From an uncultured delta proteobacterium (GTDB taxonomy: Bacteria; Desulfobacterota; Binatia; HRBIN30; BPIQ01), in NCBI GenBank assembly GCA_963761335.1, contig CAVXGR010000016.1, positions 160,001 through 224,000 on the forward strand: a stretch of 64,000 nt of DNA. Reading direction: 5' to 3'. The position numbers and the translations under genes were made by a program. The notes beneath the pieces were generated by a model, which worked only from the letters and a program-made list of their open reading frames with translations, was not told where the DNA came from and ran no database searches. Below, piece after piece: positions 54,753 through 64,000 of this stretch (positions are counted from its first letter, which is position 1; every line of letters starts with the position of its first letter).

Positions 54753-55208
54753 ATGGACGACTCCGGCTTCGACCATCGCGCCGTTCAGCAGATCCTGCCG
54801 CACCGCTACCCGTTTCTGCTGGTCGATCGCGTGCTCGAGTTCGTCGACGGGGAACGGCTGCTGGCGCTGAAGAACGTCACCATCAACGAGCCGTTCTTCG
54901 TCGGACACTTTCCGGGAATGCCGGTGATGCCGGGAGTGCTGATCTGCGAGGCCCTGGCGCAGGCCGGGGCTTTGTTTGCCTATCGCTGCAGCGGCGGCGT
55001 CGCTCCCCAGCGCCCGATCCTGCTCGCCGGGCTCGATCGCGTCCGTTTCCGCCGCCCCGTGGTTCCGGGAGACCAGCTGCGGCTGGAGGTCCGACTGATC
55101 CGCCACCGCGGGCCTCTCTGGAAGATCGCCGGGAGCGCCACCGTCGACGGCCAGCTGGCGGCGGAGGCGGAGCTGATGGCGATGGAAACCGATCCGTCGC
55201 AGTGGTGA
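54753..55208 (+). CDS. fabZ: 3-hydroxyacyl-ACP dehydratase
   Basis: LPHRYPFLLVD, GHFP..PVMPGVL.EALAQ. Confidence 0.96.
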   Translation: MDDSGFDHRAVQQILPHRYPFLLVDRVLEFVDGERLLALKNVTINEPFFVGHFPGMPVMPGVLICEALAQAGALFAYRCSGGVAPQRPILLAGLDRVRFRRPVVPGDQLRLEVRLIRHRGPLWKIAGSATVDGQLAAEAELMAMETDPSQW

Positions 55209-55990
55209 TGAGCGCCCCCCGCATCCATCCGACGGCGATCGTGGCGCCCGAGGCACAGCTCGCCGAGGACGTCGGCATCGGCCCCTACTCGATCGTCGGG
55301 CCGCACGTCTCCATCGGGCCGCGGACCGAGGTCGGCCCGCACGTGGTGATCGAGGGGCGCACGGCTCTCGGGGCGGACAACCGCATCTTCCAGTTCGCCT
55401 CCATCGGCCCCGTACCGCAGGATCTGAAGTACCACGATGAGCCCAGCGAGCTGTTCATCGGCGACGGCAACACCATTCGCGAGTTCGCCACTCTGCATCC
55501 GGGAACGGAGAACGGCGGCATGGTGACCCGGGTCGGCAACCGCTGCCTGATCATGAACTACGCGCACGTGGCGCACGATTGTATCCTCGGCGATCACATC
55601 ATTGTCGCCAACGGCGCCCAGCTCGGCGGTCACGTGGTGCTGCAGGACTACGTCGTCGTCGGCGCCCTGGTCGGCATTCACCAGTTCGTCAAGATCGGCG
55701 AGTCCGCCATCCTCGGCGCCGGCTCCATGGTCTCCCTCGACGTCGCGCCCTTCTGCAACGCCACCGGTGATCGAGCCGAGCTGCACGGTCTCAACCTGGT
55801 CGGGCTTCGCCGCCGCGGCATGAGCGCCGAGAGCATCGCGGCGCTGCGCAAGGCGTACCGCATCGTCTTCCAGTCCGGTCTCAAGGTCGCCGAGGCCCTG
55901 CAGCGCCTGTCTCGGGAGTTCTCCGGAGCTCCAGAGGTGACGCGCTTCGCGGCCTTCATCGCGCAGGCGGAGCGAGGGCTCTGCCGCTAG
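55208..55990 (+). CDS. lpxA: UDP-GlcNAc acyltransferase
   Basis: IHPTA, PQDLKY, HVAHDC, HQF, GLNLVGLRR. Confidence 0.96.
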   Translation: MSAPRIHPTAIVAPEAQLAEDVGIGPYSIVGPHVSIGPRTEVGPHVVIEGRTALGADNRIFQFASIGPVPQDLKYHDEPSELFIGDGNTIREFATLHPGTENGGMVTRVGNRCLIMNYAHVAHDCILGDHIIVANGAQLGGHVVLQDYVVVGALVGIHQFVKIGESAILGAGSMVSLDVAPFCNATGDRAELHGLNLVGLRRRGMSAESIAALRKAYRIVFQSGLKVAEALQRLSREFSGAPEVTRFAAFIAQAERGLCR

Positions 55991-56034
55991 CAAGCCGCCG
56001 CGGGGTGCGGCGGAGGGAAGAAATAGAGTCGTCG

Positions 56035-56865
56035 ATGGAACGCCTGGGCTTGATCGCCGGCAACGGCCGCTTCCCTCTGCTCTTCGCCGAGAGCGCCCGC
56101 GCCGAGGGCTACGAGGTGATCGCCGTGGCCCACCAGGGGGAGACGCCCGCCGAGCTCGAAGGGTTGGTGCAGTCGATCACCTGGATCAAGGTCGGCGAGC
56201 TCGAGAAGATGATCCACGCCTTTCAGGCGGGCGGCGTCCGCCGGGCGGTGATGGCCGGCGGCATCCGCAAGGCGGCGCTCTTCGAGAACTTCGCCCCGGA
56301 TGCGCGCGCTGTCGCCTTCCTGTCGCGCCTGCCACAGCTCGGCGACGACGCCATTCTGCGCGGCGTGGCGGGTGAGCTCGAGGCGGAAGGGATCGCCATC
56401 GTCGACTCCACCGTCTTCCTCGGCCGCCTGCTGGCCCCGGAAGGGGTGCTCACCCGCGCCGCTCCCTCGGAGGTGTCCCGGCAGGACATCCGCCGCGGCA
56501 TCCGGGTAGCGCAGGCCATCGGTCGTTGGGACATCGGCCAGTCGGTGGTGGTCAAGGGCGGGGTGGTGCTCGCCGTCGAGGCCATCGAGGGGACGGACGC
56601 GGCCATCCGCCGCGGCGGCGCTCTCGGCCGCACCGACATCGTCGTGGTGAAGATGAGCAAGCCGGGACAGGATCTCCGCTTCGACGTGCCGGCGATCGGC
56701 CCGCGGACGATCGCGGTCTGCCGGGAGGCCGGCGTCAGCGTGCTCGCCGTCGAGGCGGGCCGCACGCTGCTGCTCGAGCGCGAGGAGCTGTTGCGGTGCG
56801 CCGACGAGGCCGGCATTGCCGTGGTGGGCGTCGCCGCAGAGCCGTTCGCGGAGGCGACGCCGTGA
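56035..56865 (+). CDS. lpxI: UDP-2,3-diacylglucosamine hydrolase, LpxI type
   Basis: LGLIAGNGRFP, DIGQSVV, EAIEGTD, QDLRFDVP. Confidence 0.93.
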   Translation: MERLGLIAGNGRFPLLFAESARAEGYEVIAVAHQGETPAELEGLVQSITWIKVGELEKMIHAFQAGGVRRAVMAGGIRKAALFENFAPDARAVAFLSRLPQLGDDAILRGVAGELEAEGIAIVDSTVFLGRLLAPEGVLTRAAPSEVSRQDIRRGIRVAQAIGRWDIGQSVVVKGGVVLAVEAIEGTDAAIRRGGALGRTDIVVVKMSKPGQDLRFDVPAIGPRTIAVCREAGVSVLAVEAGRTLLLEREELLRCADEAGIAVVGVAAEPFAEATP

Positions 56866-57788
56866 AGCTGCGCGCCGCGGTGGTGGGCGTGGGCCACGTC
56901 GGCGGCTTTCACGCCGAGAAGTACGCCGAGCACGACGAGGTCGAGCTGGTGGCCGTGGTCGACACCGATGCGGAGCGCGCCCGCGCCGTCGGCGAGCGGG
57001 TCGGCTGCCCTGCGGAAACCGATTACCGGCGCCTCTTCGGACGGGTGGACTGCGTCACCATCGCCACGCCGACGCCGCAGCACCACGACCTCGCCCGCGA
57101 TTTCCTCGAGGGCGGTATCGACGTGCTGGTCGAGAAGCCGATGACGGTGACCGCCGCCGAAGGCCGCCACCTGGTCGAGGTCGCGGCGCGCCACGGCCGC
57201 ATCTTGCAGGTCGGGCACCTGGAGCGCTTCAACCCCGCGGTTCGCGCCATGATGGCGGAGCTGCGCGAGCCGCGCTTCATCGAATGCGACCGGCTGGCAC
57301 CCTTCGGCGAGCGCGGCACCGACGTCGATGTGGTCCGCGACCTGATGATTCACGACCTGGACGTCATCCTCAGCTTCGTCACCGCCCCGGTAGTGCGCAT
57401 CGAGGCCGTCGGCGTGCCGGTGCTCACGGATCGCGTCGACATCGCCAACGTGCGGCTGCGTTTCGCCACCGGCTGCATCGCCAATGTCACCGCCAGCCGC
57501 GTCGCTCTGAAGCGCGAGCGGAAGATTCGCCTCTTCCAGGCGGACACCTACCTGTCGGTCGACTACGGGGAGCGCCGCGTCCGCGTCTGCCGCCGCGAGA
57601 CGGTGGACGGCCAGCCCTCGATCAGCGTCGAGGAGCAGGAGTTCCGCGAAGGAGATGCGCTGCGGGACGAGGTCGACAGCTTTCTGCGTTCGGTGCGCAC
57701 CCGTCAGCCGCCCCTGGTGGACGGCCCGGCGGGGCTCAAAGCGGTGGAGTTGGCGGAGGCGATCAACGCCGCCATGGAGACCGCATGA
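56862..57788 (+). CDS. Gfo/Idh/MocA oxidoreductase, GnnA-like (UDP-GlcNAc 3-dehydrogenase)
   Basis: VVGVGHVG, EKP, VGHLERFNP, DLMIHDLD, TASR; position between lpxI and lpxB. Confidence 0.8.
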   Translation: MKLRAAVVGVGHVGGFHAEKYAEHDEVELVAVVDTDAERARAVGERVGCPAETDYRRLFGRVDCVTIATPTPQHHDLARDFLEGGIDVLVEKPMTVTAAEGRHLVEVAARHGRILQVGHLERFNPAVRAMMAELREPRFIECDRLAPFGERGTDVDVVRDLMIHDLDVILSFVTAPVVRIEAVGVPVLTDRVDIANVRLRFATGCIANVTASRVALKRERKIRLFQADTYLSVDYGERRVRVCRRETVDGQPSISVEEQEFREGDALRDEVDSFLRSVRTRQPPLVDGPAGLKAVELAEAINAAMETA

Positions 57789-58900
57789 GTCGCCGCGTGG
57801 TGCTGGTCGCCGGCGAAGCCTCCGGCGACCTGCACGGCGCCGCGCTGCTGCGGGAGATGCAACGCCTGGTTCCCGAGCTGCAGGCGAGCGGCGTCGGCGG
57901 CCCCCATTTGCGCGCCGCCGGCATGGAGGTGCTCACCGACACCTCCGAGGTGCAGACCATGGGGTTCGTCGAGACCTTCGGCACCCTCGGTCGCCTGCTG
58001 CGCACCTATCGGCAGCTGCGGCGCGTGTTGCGCGAGCAGCGCCCGGACCTGCTCGTGCTCGTCGACTATCCGGAGTTCAACCTGCTGCTGGCCCGCTACG
58101 CCAAGCGCCTGCGGATCCGTGTCTTCTACTTCATCGGGCCGCAGGTGTGGGCCTGGCGCCGCGGCCGCGTGCGCAAGATCGCCCGCCGCGTCGATCGCCT
58201 GGCGCTGGTCTTTCCGTTCGAGCCGGAGCTCTACGATGGCGATCGCAAGGTCGCGGAGTTCGTCGGCCACCCGCTCCTCGACCTGGTGCAGGCGACGCGC
58301 TCGCGTCCCGAGACCTGTGCGCGCTACGGCCTGGACCCCGCCCGGCGGGTGCTCGCCCTGCTGCCCGGGAGCCGCCGCAAGGAGGTGAGTTTCCTGCTGC
58401 AGCCGGTTCTCGCCGCCGCCGACGAGCTCGCCGGCGAGGGCTGGCAGCCGATCCTGGCGTTGGCCCCTGGCGTGCAGCGGCGCGAGCTGGAGGCAGAGCT
58501 GGCGCGCCATCCGGGCATGGCGATCGCCGAGGGGGACACCTACAACGTGGTCGCCGCCTCTGATGCGGCGATCGTCGCCTCGGGTACCGCCACCCTGGAG
58601 ACGGCGTTGCTGGCACGACCCATGGTGATCGTGTATCGAGTCGCCATGTTGACCTATCTGCTGGCGCGCGCCCTGGTCGACGTGGAGTCGATCGGCATGC
58701 CCAATATCATCCTCGGCCGCCGTGTGTTCCCCGAGCTGATCCAGGAAGCGGTGCGGCCGCGGGCGATCGCTGCGGCGGTGCGGCAGGTGGTCGCCGATCC
58801 CGAAGCGGTGAATGCCGCCCTGGCGGAGCTGCGCCAGCGCCTGGGCCCGGGTGGCGCCGCGGCGCGCGCCGCCCGCCTGGCCGTGGAGCTCCTGGGATGA
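57785..58900 (+). CDS. lpxB: Lipid-A-disaccharide synthase
   Basis: AGEASGD, DYPEFN, PQVWAWR, VGHP, LPGSR, SGTATLE. Confidence 0.96.
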   Translation: MSRRVVLVAGEASGDLHGAALLREMQRLVPELQASGVGGPHLRAAGMEVLTDTSEVQTMGFVETFGTLGRLLRTYRQLRRVLREQRPDLLVLVDYPEFNLLLARYAKRLRIRVFYFIGPQVWAWRRGRVRKIARRVDRLALVFPFEPELYDGDRKVAEFVGHPLLDLVQATRSRPETCARYGLDPARRVLALLPGSRRKEVSFLLQPVLAAADELAGEGWQPILALAPGVQRRELEAELARHPGMAIAEGDTYNVVAASDAAIVASGTATLETALLARPMVIVYRVAMLTYLLARALVDVESIGMPNIILGRRVFPELIQEAVRPRAIAAAVRQVVADPEAVNAALAELRQRLGPGGAAARAARLAVELLG

Positions 58901-60657
58901 AGCGCGAGCTCTACCGGCGCATGCTGGCGTTTCTGCGGCCCTACATCTGGCCGCACTTCATCGGCTCGATGATCTGCATGATTCTGTTCAGCGCCACCAA
59001 CGGGGTCATGCCGCTGCTGGTGCGCAACGTCTTCGACCGCGTCTTTACGCAGCAGAACCAGGTGGCGCTCAAGCTCATTCCGCTCGCCATCATCGTGGTC
59101 TTCGTCGTCCGCGGCATTCTCGCCTTCGGCAGTGTCTATCTCACCGAGTTCGTCGGCCAGCGCATCATCGCCGACATGCGCAAGGCGATGAACGATCGCA
59201 TCCAGCGCCTCTCCCTGACCTTCTTCAATCACACCCCCACCGGCACCATCATCTCGCGCCTGACCAACGACGTCACCCTGGTGCGGGCGGCGCTCACCGA
59301 GGCGGTGGCCGCCGTTCTCAAGGACAGCACCTCGCTGGTGGTGCTGGTCGCCGTCGCCTTCTACATGGACTGGTTCCTGGCGCTGATCGCCTTCGTGGTC
59401 TTCCCGGTGTCGGTGCTGCCGGTGATCCGCCTCTCCAAGCGCCTGCGGCGCGCCGCCACCAGCGGCCAGATCTCGATCAGCAACCTGACGGTGATCACCC
59501 AGGAAACGGTGCAGGGCCACCGCGTCGTCAAGGCGTTCGGCATGGAGGACTACGAGCGGCGTCGCTTCGACGAGGAGAACGAGCAGCTCTTCCAGTTCTC
59601 CATGAAGGCGACCATGGTGCGCGGCATCACCAACCCGATCATGGAGATCCTCGCCGCCTTCGGCATCGCCGGCGTGGTGCTCTACGGCGGCTCCAGCGTC
59701 ATCGGCGGCAACCGCACGCAGGGTGAATTCCTCGGCTTCCTCACCGCCGTGCTGCTGCTCTACGAGCCCTTCAAGGCGCTGGCCCGCACCAATAACGTCG
59801 TCCAGCAGGGGCTGTCGGCGGCGGTGCGCGTCTTCGAGATTCTCGACTGCGAGCCGGACGTGCAGGATCGGTCCGGTGCCGTGGTGCTGCACGACTTCCG
59901 CGAGGGGATCCGCTTCGAGAAAGTCAGCTTTCGCTACGATCACGATCTGGTGCTGCACGACGTCGACCTGCGCATCAACCGCGGCGAGGTGATCGCCCTG
60001 GTGGGCCCGAGCGGCGCCGGCAAGAGCACCATTGCCGATCTCATCCCGCGCTTCTACGACGTGACCGCCGGCGCCATCCGCATCGACGGCATCGACGTTC
60101 GCGACGTCACCCTCGCCAGCCTGCGGGCGCAGATCGCCATCGTCACCCAGCACACGTTTCTGTTCAACGACTCGGTGCGCAACAACATCGCCTACGGCAA
60201 CATCGAGTGCGGCATGGAGGCGATCGAGAAGGCGGCGCGGGCGGCGCACGCGCACGACTTCATCATCGAGCTGCCGCACGGCTACGACACCGTGATCGGC
60301 GAAATGGGCGTGATGCTCTCCGGGGGCCAGCGGCAGCGCTTGGCGATCGCCCGGGCGCTTCTCAAGGATGCTCCCATCCTGCTGCTCGATGAGGCCACCT
60401 CGGCGCTCGACAACGAGTCGGAACGACTCGTCCAGGCGGCTCTCGAGACCCTCATGGTGAACCGCACCACTCTGGTGATCGCCCATCGCCTGTCGACCGT
60501 CCGCCGCGCCGACCGCATCCTGGTGATCAACCGCGGCCGCATCGTCGAGGAAGGCACCCACGAGGAGCTGCTGGCGCTCAATGCCGAGTACCGGCGGCTC
60601 TACGATCTGCAGTTCCAGGATCCGGAGCCCCGCGAGGACGCCGAGCTGCTGCACTGA
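58897..60657 (+). CDS. msbA: Lipid A export ABC transporter
   Basis: TMD plus NBD (GPSGAGKST, LSGGQRQR, DEATSALD) in the lipid A operon. Confidence 0.9.
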   Translation: MKRELYRRMLAFLRPYIWPHFIGSMICMILFSATNGVMPLLVRNVFDRVFTQQNQVALKLIPLAIIVVFVVRGILAFGSVYLTEFVGQRIIADMRKAMNDRIQRLSLTFFNHTPTGTIISRLTNDVTLVRAALTEAVAAVLKDSTSLVVLVAVAFYMDWFLALIAFVVFPVSVLPVIRLSKRLRRAATSGQISISNLTVITQETVQGHRVVKAFGMEDYERRRFDEENEQLFQFSMKATMVRGITNPIMEILAAFGIAGVVLYGGSSVIGGNRTQGEFLGFLTAVLLLYEPFKALARTNNVVQQGLSAAVRVFEILDCEPDVQDRSGAVVLHDFREGIRFEKVSFRYDHDLVLHDVDLRINRGEVIALVGPSGAGKSTIADLIPRFYDVTAGAIRIDGIDVRDVTLASLRAQIAIVTQHTFLFNDSVRNNIAYGNIECGMEAIEKAARAAHAHDFIIELPHGYDTVIGEMGVMLSGGQRQRLAIARALLKDAPILLLDEATSALDNESERLVQAALETLMVNRTTLVIAHRLSTVRRADRILVINRGRIVEEGTHEELLALNAEYRRLYDLQFQDPEPREDAELLH

Positions 60658-60688
60658 CGGCAGCGGCAGCGCCGGAGCGGTCGTCGGA

Positions 60689-61375
60689 ATGGCACCTCGG
60701 AAGGGAAAGCGAGGGTGGTGGGGCCGGCGCGGCTGGCAGCTCGTGCTGCTGGTCGCGCCTGCCCTGATCAGCGGTGCCCTGCGGCTGCTGGCGCTGACGG
60801 TGCGCATGCGTCTGGTGAACATGGAGGAGCTGTGGCGCCGCTGGCAGGGTGGCGAGCAGGTGATTCTGGCGTTCTGGCACAACCGCGTGGTGATGATGCC
60901 GCTTCAGTACCGCGGCAGAAAGATCTGCATCATGAACAGCCAGCACCGCGACGGCGAGATCGCCAGCCGGGCGCTGCACCGCTGGGGCATTCACACCGTC
61001 GGCGGCTCGGCGACCCGCGGCGGCGTCGGCGGCTTCCTCCGCCTGCTCGACGCCTTTCGCCAGGGATACGATCTGGCCGTGGTCCCCGACGGCCCGCGCG
61101 GGCCGCGCTACCAGGTGAAGCCGGGTATTCTCCACCTCGCCCGCGCCACCGGCGCCGACGTCTTTCCGATCAGCTATGCCGCCGCTTGGAAACGGCAGCT
61201 GCACAGCTGGGACCGGCTGATCATTCCGCTGCCGTTCTCCCGCATCGCCTACGTCGCCGGCGAGCCGCTGCGCGTCCCGCGCGACGCCTCCGACGAGAGA
61301 CTCGAAGAGCTGCGCCTCGAGCTCGAGTCGCGCCTCAATCAGGCCACCACTGACGCCGAAGCGCTGATCGGCTGA
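60689..61375 (+). CDS. DUF374 lysophospholipid acyltransferase family (LpxJ-like)
   Basis: FWHNR, SQHRDGE, PDGPRGP, SWDR..IPLPF. Confidence 0.88.
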   Translation: MAPRKGKRGWWGRRGWQLVLLVAPALISGALRLLALTVRMRLVNMEELWRRWQGGEQVILAFWHNRVVMMPLQYRGRKICIMNSQHRDGEIASRALHRWGIHTVGGSATRGGVGGFLRLLDAFRQGYDLAVVPDGPRGPRYQVKPGILHLARATGADVFPISYAAAWKRQLHSWDRLIIPLPFSRIAYVAGEPLRVPRDASDERLEELRLELESRLNQATTDAEALIG

Positions 61376-61427
61376 GGTGGGCGCCCTGGGGAGCGCGGCC
61401 ACCCTGGCCGCCGGGAGGGCTGCGGGA

Positions 61428-61484
61428 AGAGAAGAGAATGGAGAATGGAGAACCGGTGACCGGGGATGGAGAACCGGTGAAGGG
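61428..61484. repeat. Intergenic purine-rich short tandem repeats (GGAGAAT units; ATGGAGAACCGGTGA twice with a 21-bp period)
   Basis: Copies at 61445-61459 and 61466-61480. Confidence 0.65.
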
Positions 61485-61755
61485 ATGTCGAGGGGCCCTG
61501 GAAGGGTGTGGGCGTATGCCGCTCGACGCGAACTGGCAGCCCGTTGAAGAACAGGCGGCGTAGCGAGGGCGAGGCATTTTGCGCCAGATCGAGGCGCCGA
61601 ACCTCGCCGAAATGTTTGGACCGATCGAAGATCTTGGTCGGCCGCACGCGCGACGGCGCCGAGCTGCGCTACGGCTCCCGCTCGCCGGCCGCCCGCTCCT
61701 CCGCCGTTGCCTTTTCTCGCCCGCCGGGTCAGTTTACGGCGGATAGACAACCATC

Positions 61756-63057
61756 TTGCGAGCTCCGGGACTGAATTCACGGCGAGAAGCGGCTCTCGCC
61801 TACGCGGCGTACAACTTTGCCCTCGCTTGTGCGGGCCTTGCCCTGCTGCCGGCGCTGCCCTGGCTGTTCGCGCGCTTCCCGGGGACCGATCTGGCGCAGC
61901 GGATGGGCGGTCTCGCCGCCGAGGTGAGGGCGCTCTGCGGGCGGCGGCCGCTGTGGGTGCACGCCGCCTCCGTGGGTGAGGTGCTGGCGGCGCAGCCGCT
62001 CATTGCCCTGTTGCGGCAGCAGATGCCCCAGATCCCGGTGATGATCACCACCACCAGCACCACCGGCCGCGCCGCGGCGCGGGCGCAGCTCGGCGTTCCC
62101 GCGACCCTGCTGCCGGCCGATCTCGAGTGGGTGGTTCGCCGGGCCGTGCGGAGCCTGCGCCCCCGCGCCCTGGTGATTCTGGAGACCGAGATCTGGCCGA
62201 ATCTGCTGCGCGCCGCCGGCGACGCCGGAGTGCCGGTCTTTCTGTTGAGTGCCCGCGTCTCGGGCCGCGCCGCCTCGCAGTACGCCTGGATCCGCCCGTT
62301 GACGCGCGCCGCGCTGGCTCATGTGCGCCAGGTGGGCGCGCAGGGCGAAGCCGATGCGGAGCGCCTGCGGCAGCTGGGAGTGGCGGCAGACAGGGTGCAG
62401 GTCACCGGCAGCCTCAAGTTTGCGCGCCAGCAGCCGACGATGTCCACCGCCCCGCCCCTGCTGGAAGGTCTCGACCGCCCGCTGCTGGTGGCGGCCAGCA
62501 CCCAGCCCGGCGAAGAAGAGGTGGTGCTCGAGGCCTGTACGGCCGTCTGGAGCCGGGAGCCACGAGCGCTTCTGGTCCTGGCGCCGCGCCGCCCGGAGAG
62601 ATTCGACGCGGTCGCCCAGATGCTCGCTGCGGCCGGGGTGCATTTCCTGCGGCGCACGCAGGGTCTCGAGCATCTGGGCGACGACGTCCGTGTTCTGTTG
62701 CTGGACACGGTCGGAGAGCTCATCCGCGTGCTCCCGGGGGCGCGCGCCGCCTTCGTCGGTGGGACGCTGGCGCCGCTCGGCGGGCACAACGTTCTCGAGC
62801 CGGCGCTGTTCGGGATTCCGGTCTGCTTCGGCCCGCACCTCGACAACGTCCGACTCGCAGCCGATGTCCTGCTGGAGGCGGGGGCCGCTGTGCAGGTCGC
62901 CGATGCCGCGTCGCTAGCGCGGTTCTGGGGCGACCTGGTGTGCGACCCGCGGGAGGCAGAGCGCCTCGGAAGGCGCGGCCGGGAGGCGGTTGCCCGCGGG
63001 GCCGAGGCGGCGCAGCGGGCCGTGGAGCTCATGCGGCCGGTTCTGGAGGAGGCGTGA
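61756..63057 (+). CDS. waaA: Kdo transferase (start approximate)
   Basis: WVHAASVGE, ETEIWPNL, GSLKF, ASTQPGEE, GGHNVLEPA. Confidence 0.94.
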   Translation: MRAPGLNSRREAALAYAAYNFALACAGLALLPALPWLFARFPGTDLAQRMGGLAAEVRALCGRRPLWVHAASVGEVLAAQPLIALLRQQMPQIPVMITTTSTTGRAAARAQLGVPATLLPADLEWVVRRAVRSLRPRALVILETEIWPNLLRAAGDAGVPVFLLSARVSGRAASQYAWIRPLTRAALAHVRQVGAQGEADAERLRQLGVAADRVQVTGSLKFARQQPTMSTAPPLLEGLDRPLLVAASTQPGEEEVVLEACTAVWSREPRALLVLAPRRPERFDAVAQMLAAAGVHFLRRTQGLEHLGDDVRVLLLDTVGELIRVLPGARAAFVGGTLAPLGGHNVLEPALFGIPVCFGPHLDNVRLAADVLLEAGAAVQVADAASLARFWGDLVCDPREAERLGRRGREAVARGAEAAQRAVELMRPVLEEA

Positions 63058-64000
63058 AGCGGCTTGCGGCGTACGTCCGCCAGCGCGCCTGGCGGCGGGA
63101 GGACCTGGGCGGCTGGGCCGGGTGGTTGGCGCTGCGCCCGCTGGCGACCCTCTTCCACGCCGGCGTACAGATGCGCGGTGTCGCCTATTACCTCGGCGTG
63201 CTCCGCCAGGCGCGTGCCGAGCTGCCGGTGATCAGCGTCGGCAATCTCACCGTCGGCGGCTCGGGCAAGACGCCGATGACCCTCTGGCTGGCCGAGTCGC
63301 TGCGCGCCCGCGGCTGGAACCCGGCCATCGTTCTGCGCGGCTACGGCGGCTCCGAGCCCGGGCCGGCGGTGGTGGCCGAGGGCGGCGTGCCGGTGGCCAC
63401 GGTCGCCGCCGCCGGGGACGAGGCGATCATGCTCGGCAAGCGCTTTGCCGGCCCGGTGATCGTGGCCCGCCGTCGCGCCGAGGGCGCGGCCCTGGCGCGA
63501 AGGCGCGGCGCCGACCTGGTGATTCTCGACGACGGATTCCAGCACCGCGCCTTGGCCCGCGACTGTGACATCGTGCTGGTGAGCTCGGTGCGCGGACCCC
63601 TCCTGCCCGCCGGTCCGCTGCGCGAGCCGGCATCGGCGCTGCGCCGCGCCGACGTCGTCGTCCGCGTGCGCAAGGAGGGGGCGCCACCGCCGGAGGCCTT
63701 CGAGCACCTCGGCTGTCCGGTTTTCGAGGCCCGCTTTCTCGCCGGGGCCCTGGTCGAGTCGGACGGCGGCCGCTGGCGGGAGCGGCCGCTGGGCTTGCTC
63801 GCCGGGCGTCGCGTGGCTACCGTGTCGGGCATCGCCGATGCCCAATCGTTTCACGAGATGGTGCGCCAGTGGGAGGCGCAGGTGGTGGAGATCCTCGATC
63901 TCGACGATCACCATGTCTACACCGCGGAGGACTGGAGGCGCATCGCCCACCGCACCCGCAACGTCGACCTCGTACTGACGACGGAGAAGGATCTGGTGAA
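63054..64000 (+). CDS. lpxK: Tetraacyldisaccharide 4'-kinase, runs off the window
   Basis: Manual translation from GTG 63054: PVISVGNLTVGGSGKTP, RGYG, GDE, LDDGFQH, LPAGPLRE, TTEKD. Confidence 0.94.
   Translation, partial: MKRLAAYVRQRAWRREDLGGWAGWLALRPLATLFHAGVQMRGVAYYLGVLRQARAELPVISVGNLTVGGSGKTPMTLWLAESLRARGWNPAIVLRGYGGSEPGPAVVAEGGVPVATVAAAGDEAIMLGKRFAGPVIVARRRAEGAALARRRGADLVILDDGFQHRALARDCDIVLVSSVRGPLLPAGPLREPASALRRADVVVRVRKEGAPPPEAFEHLGCPVFEARFLAGALVESDGGRWRERPLGLLAGRRVATVSGIADAQSFHEMVRQWEAQVVEILDLDDHHVYTAEDWRRIAHRTRNVDLVLTTEKDLV

Overview
High-GC bacterial chromosomal window with no rRNA, tRNA, CRISPR or transposase. The TPTRT-rich secreted proteins with DxNxDG calcium loops suggest a Binatia-like deltaproteobacterium, but this is inference only. 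Ordinary content: partial acyl-CoA carboxylase beta subunit, GST, FadF/HdrD-like Fe-S oxidoreductase, a complete gspC-N type II secretion operon (5.1-18.4 kb), an IscA/ErpA-type carrier, glgA, lon, a ttuB-ttuA-trmI tRNA T-loop modification cluster, lysS, and a lolCD-bamA-skp-fabZ-lpxA-lpxI-(gnnA-like)-lpxB-msbA-DUF374-waaA-lpxK envelope operon. The most unusual region is 25.1-39.0 kb. Four paralogous, Sec-exported, Cys-rich proteins of unknown family lie there in A-B-A-B order, each with a GAAAGGAG RBS and with a small 4-Cys module inserted at different loops of one shared scaffold. Three proteins flank them, each built as signal peptide, half-dockerin-like Ca loop, 300-680 aa Thr/Pro stalk and a shared novel C-terminal domain. 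Four correctly spaced sigma-54-type (-24/-12) motifs precede the nearby regulatory genes at 34-41.4 kb. The T2SS secretin carries an FG-repeat-like loop and an extra C-terminal domain. This may be an undescribed cell-surface assembly (S-layer, fibre or scaffold) exported by the neighbouring T2SS; that function is a hypothesis.
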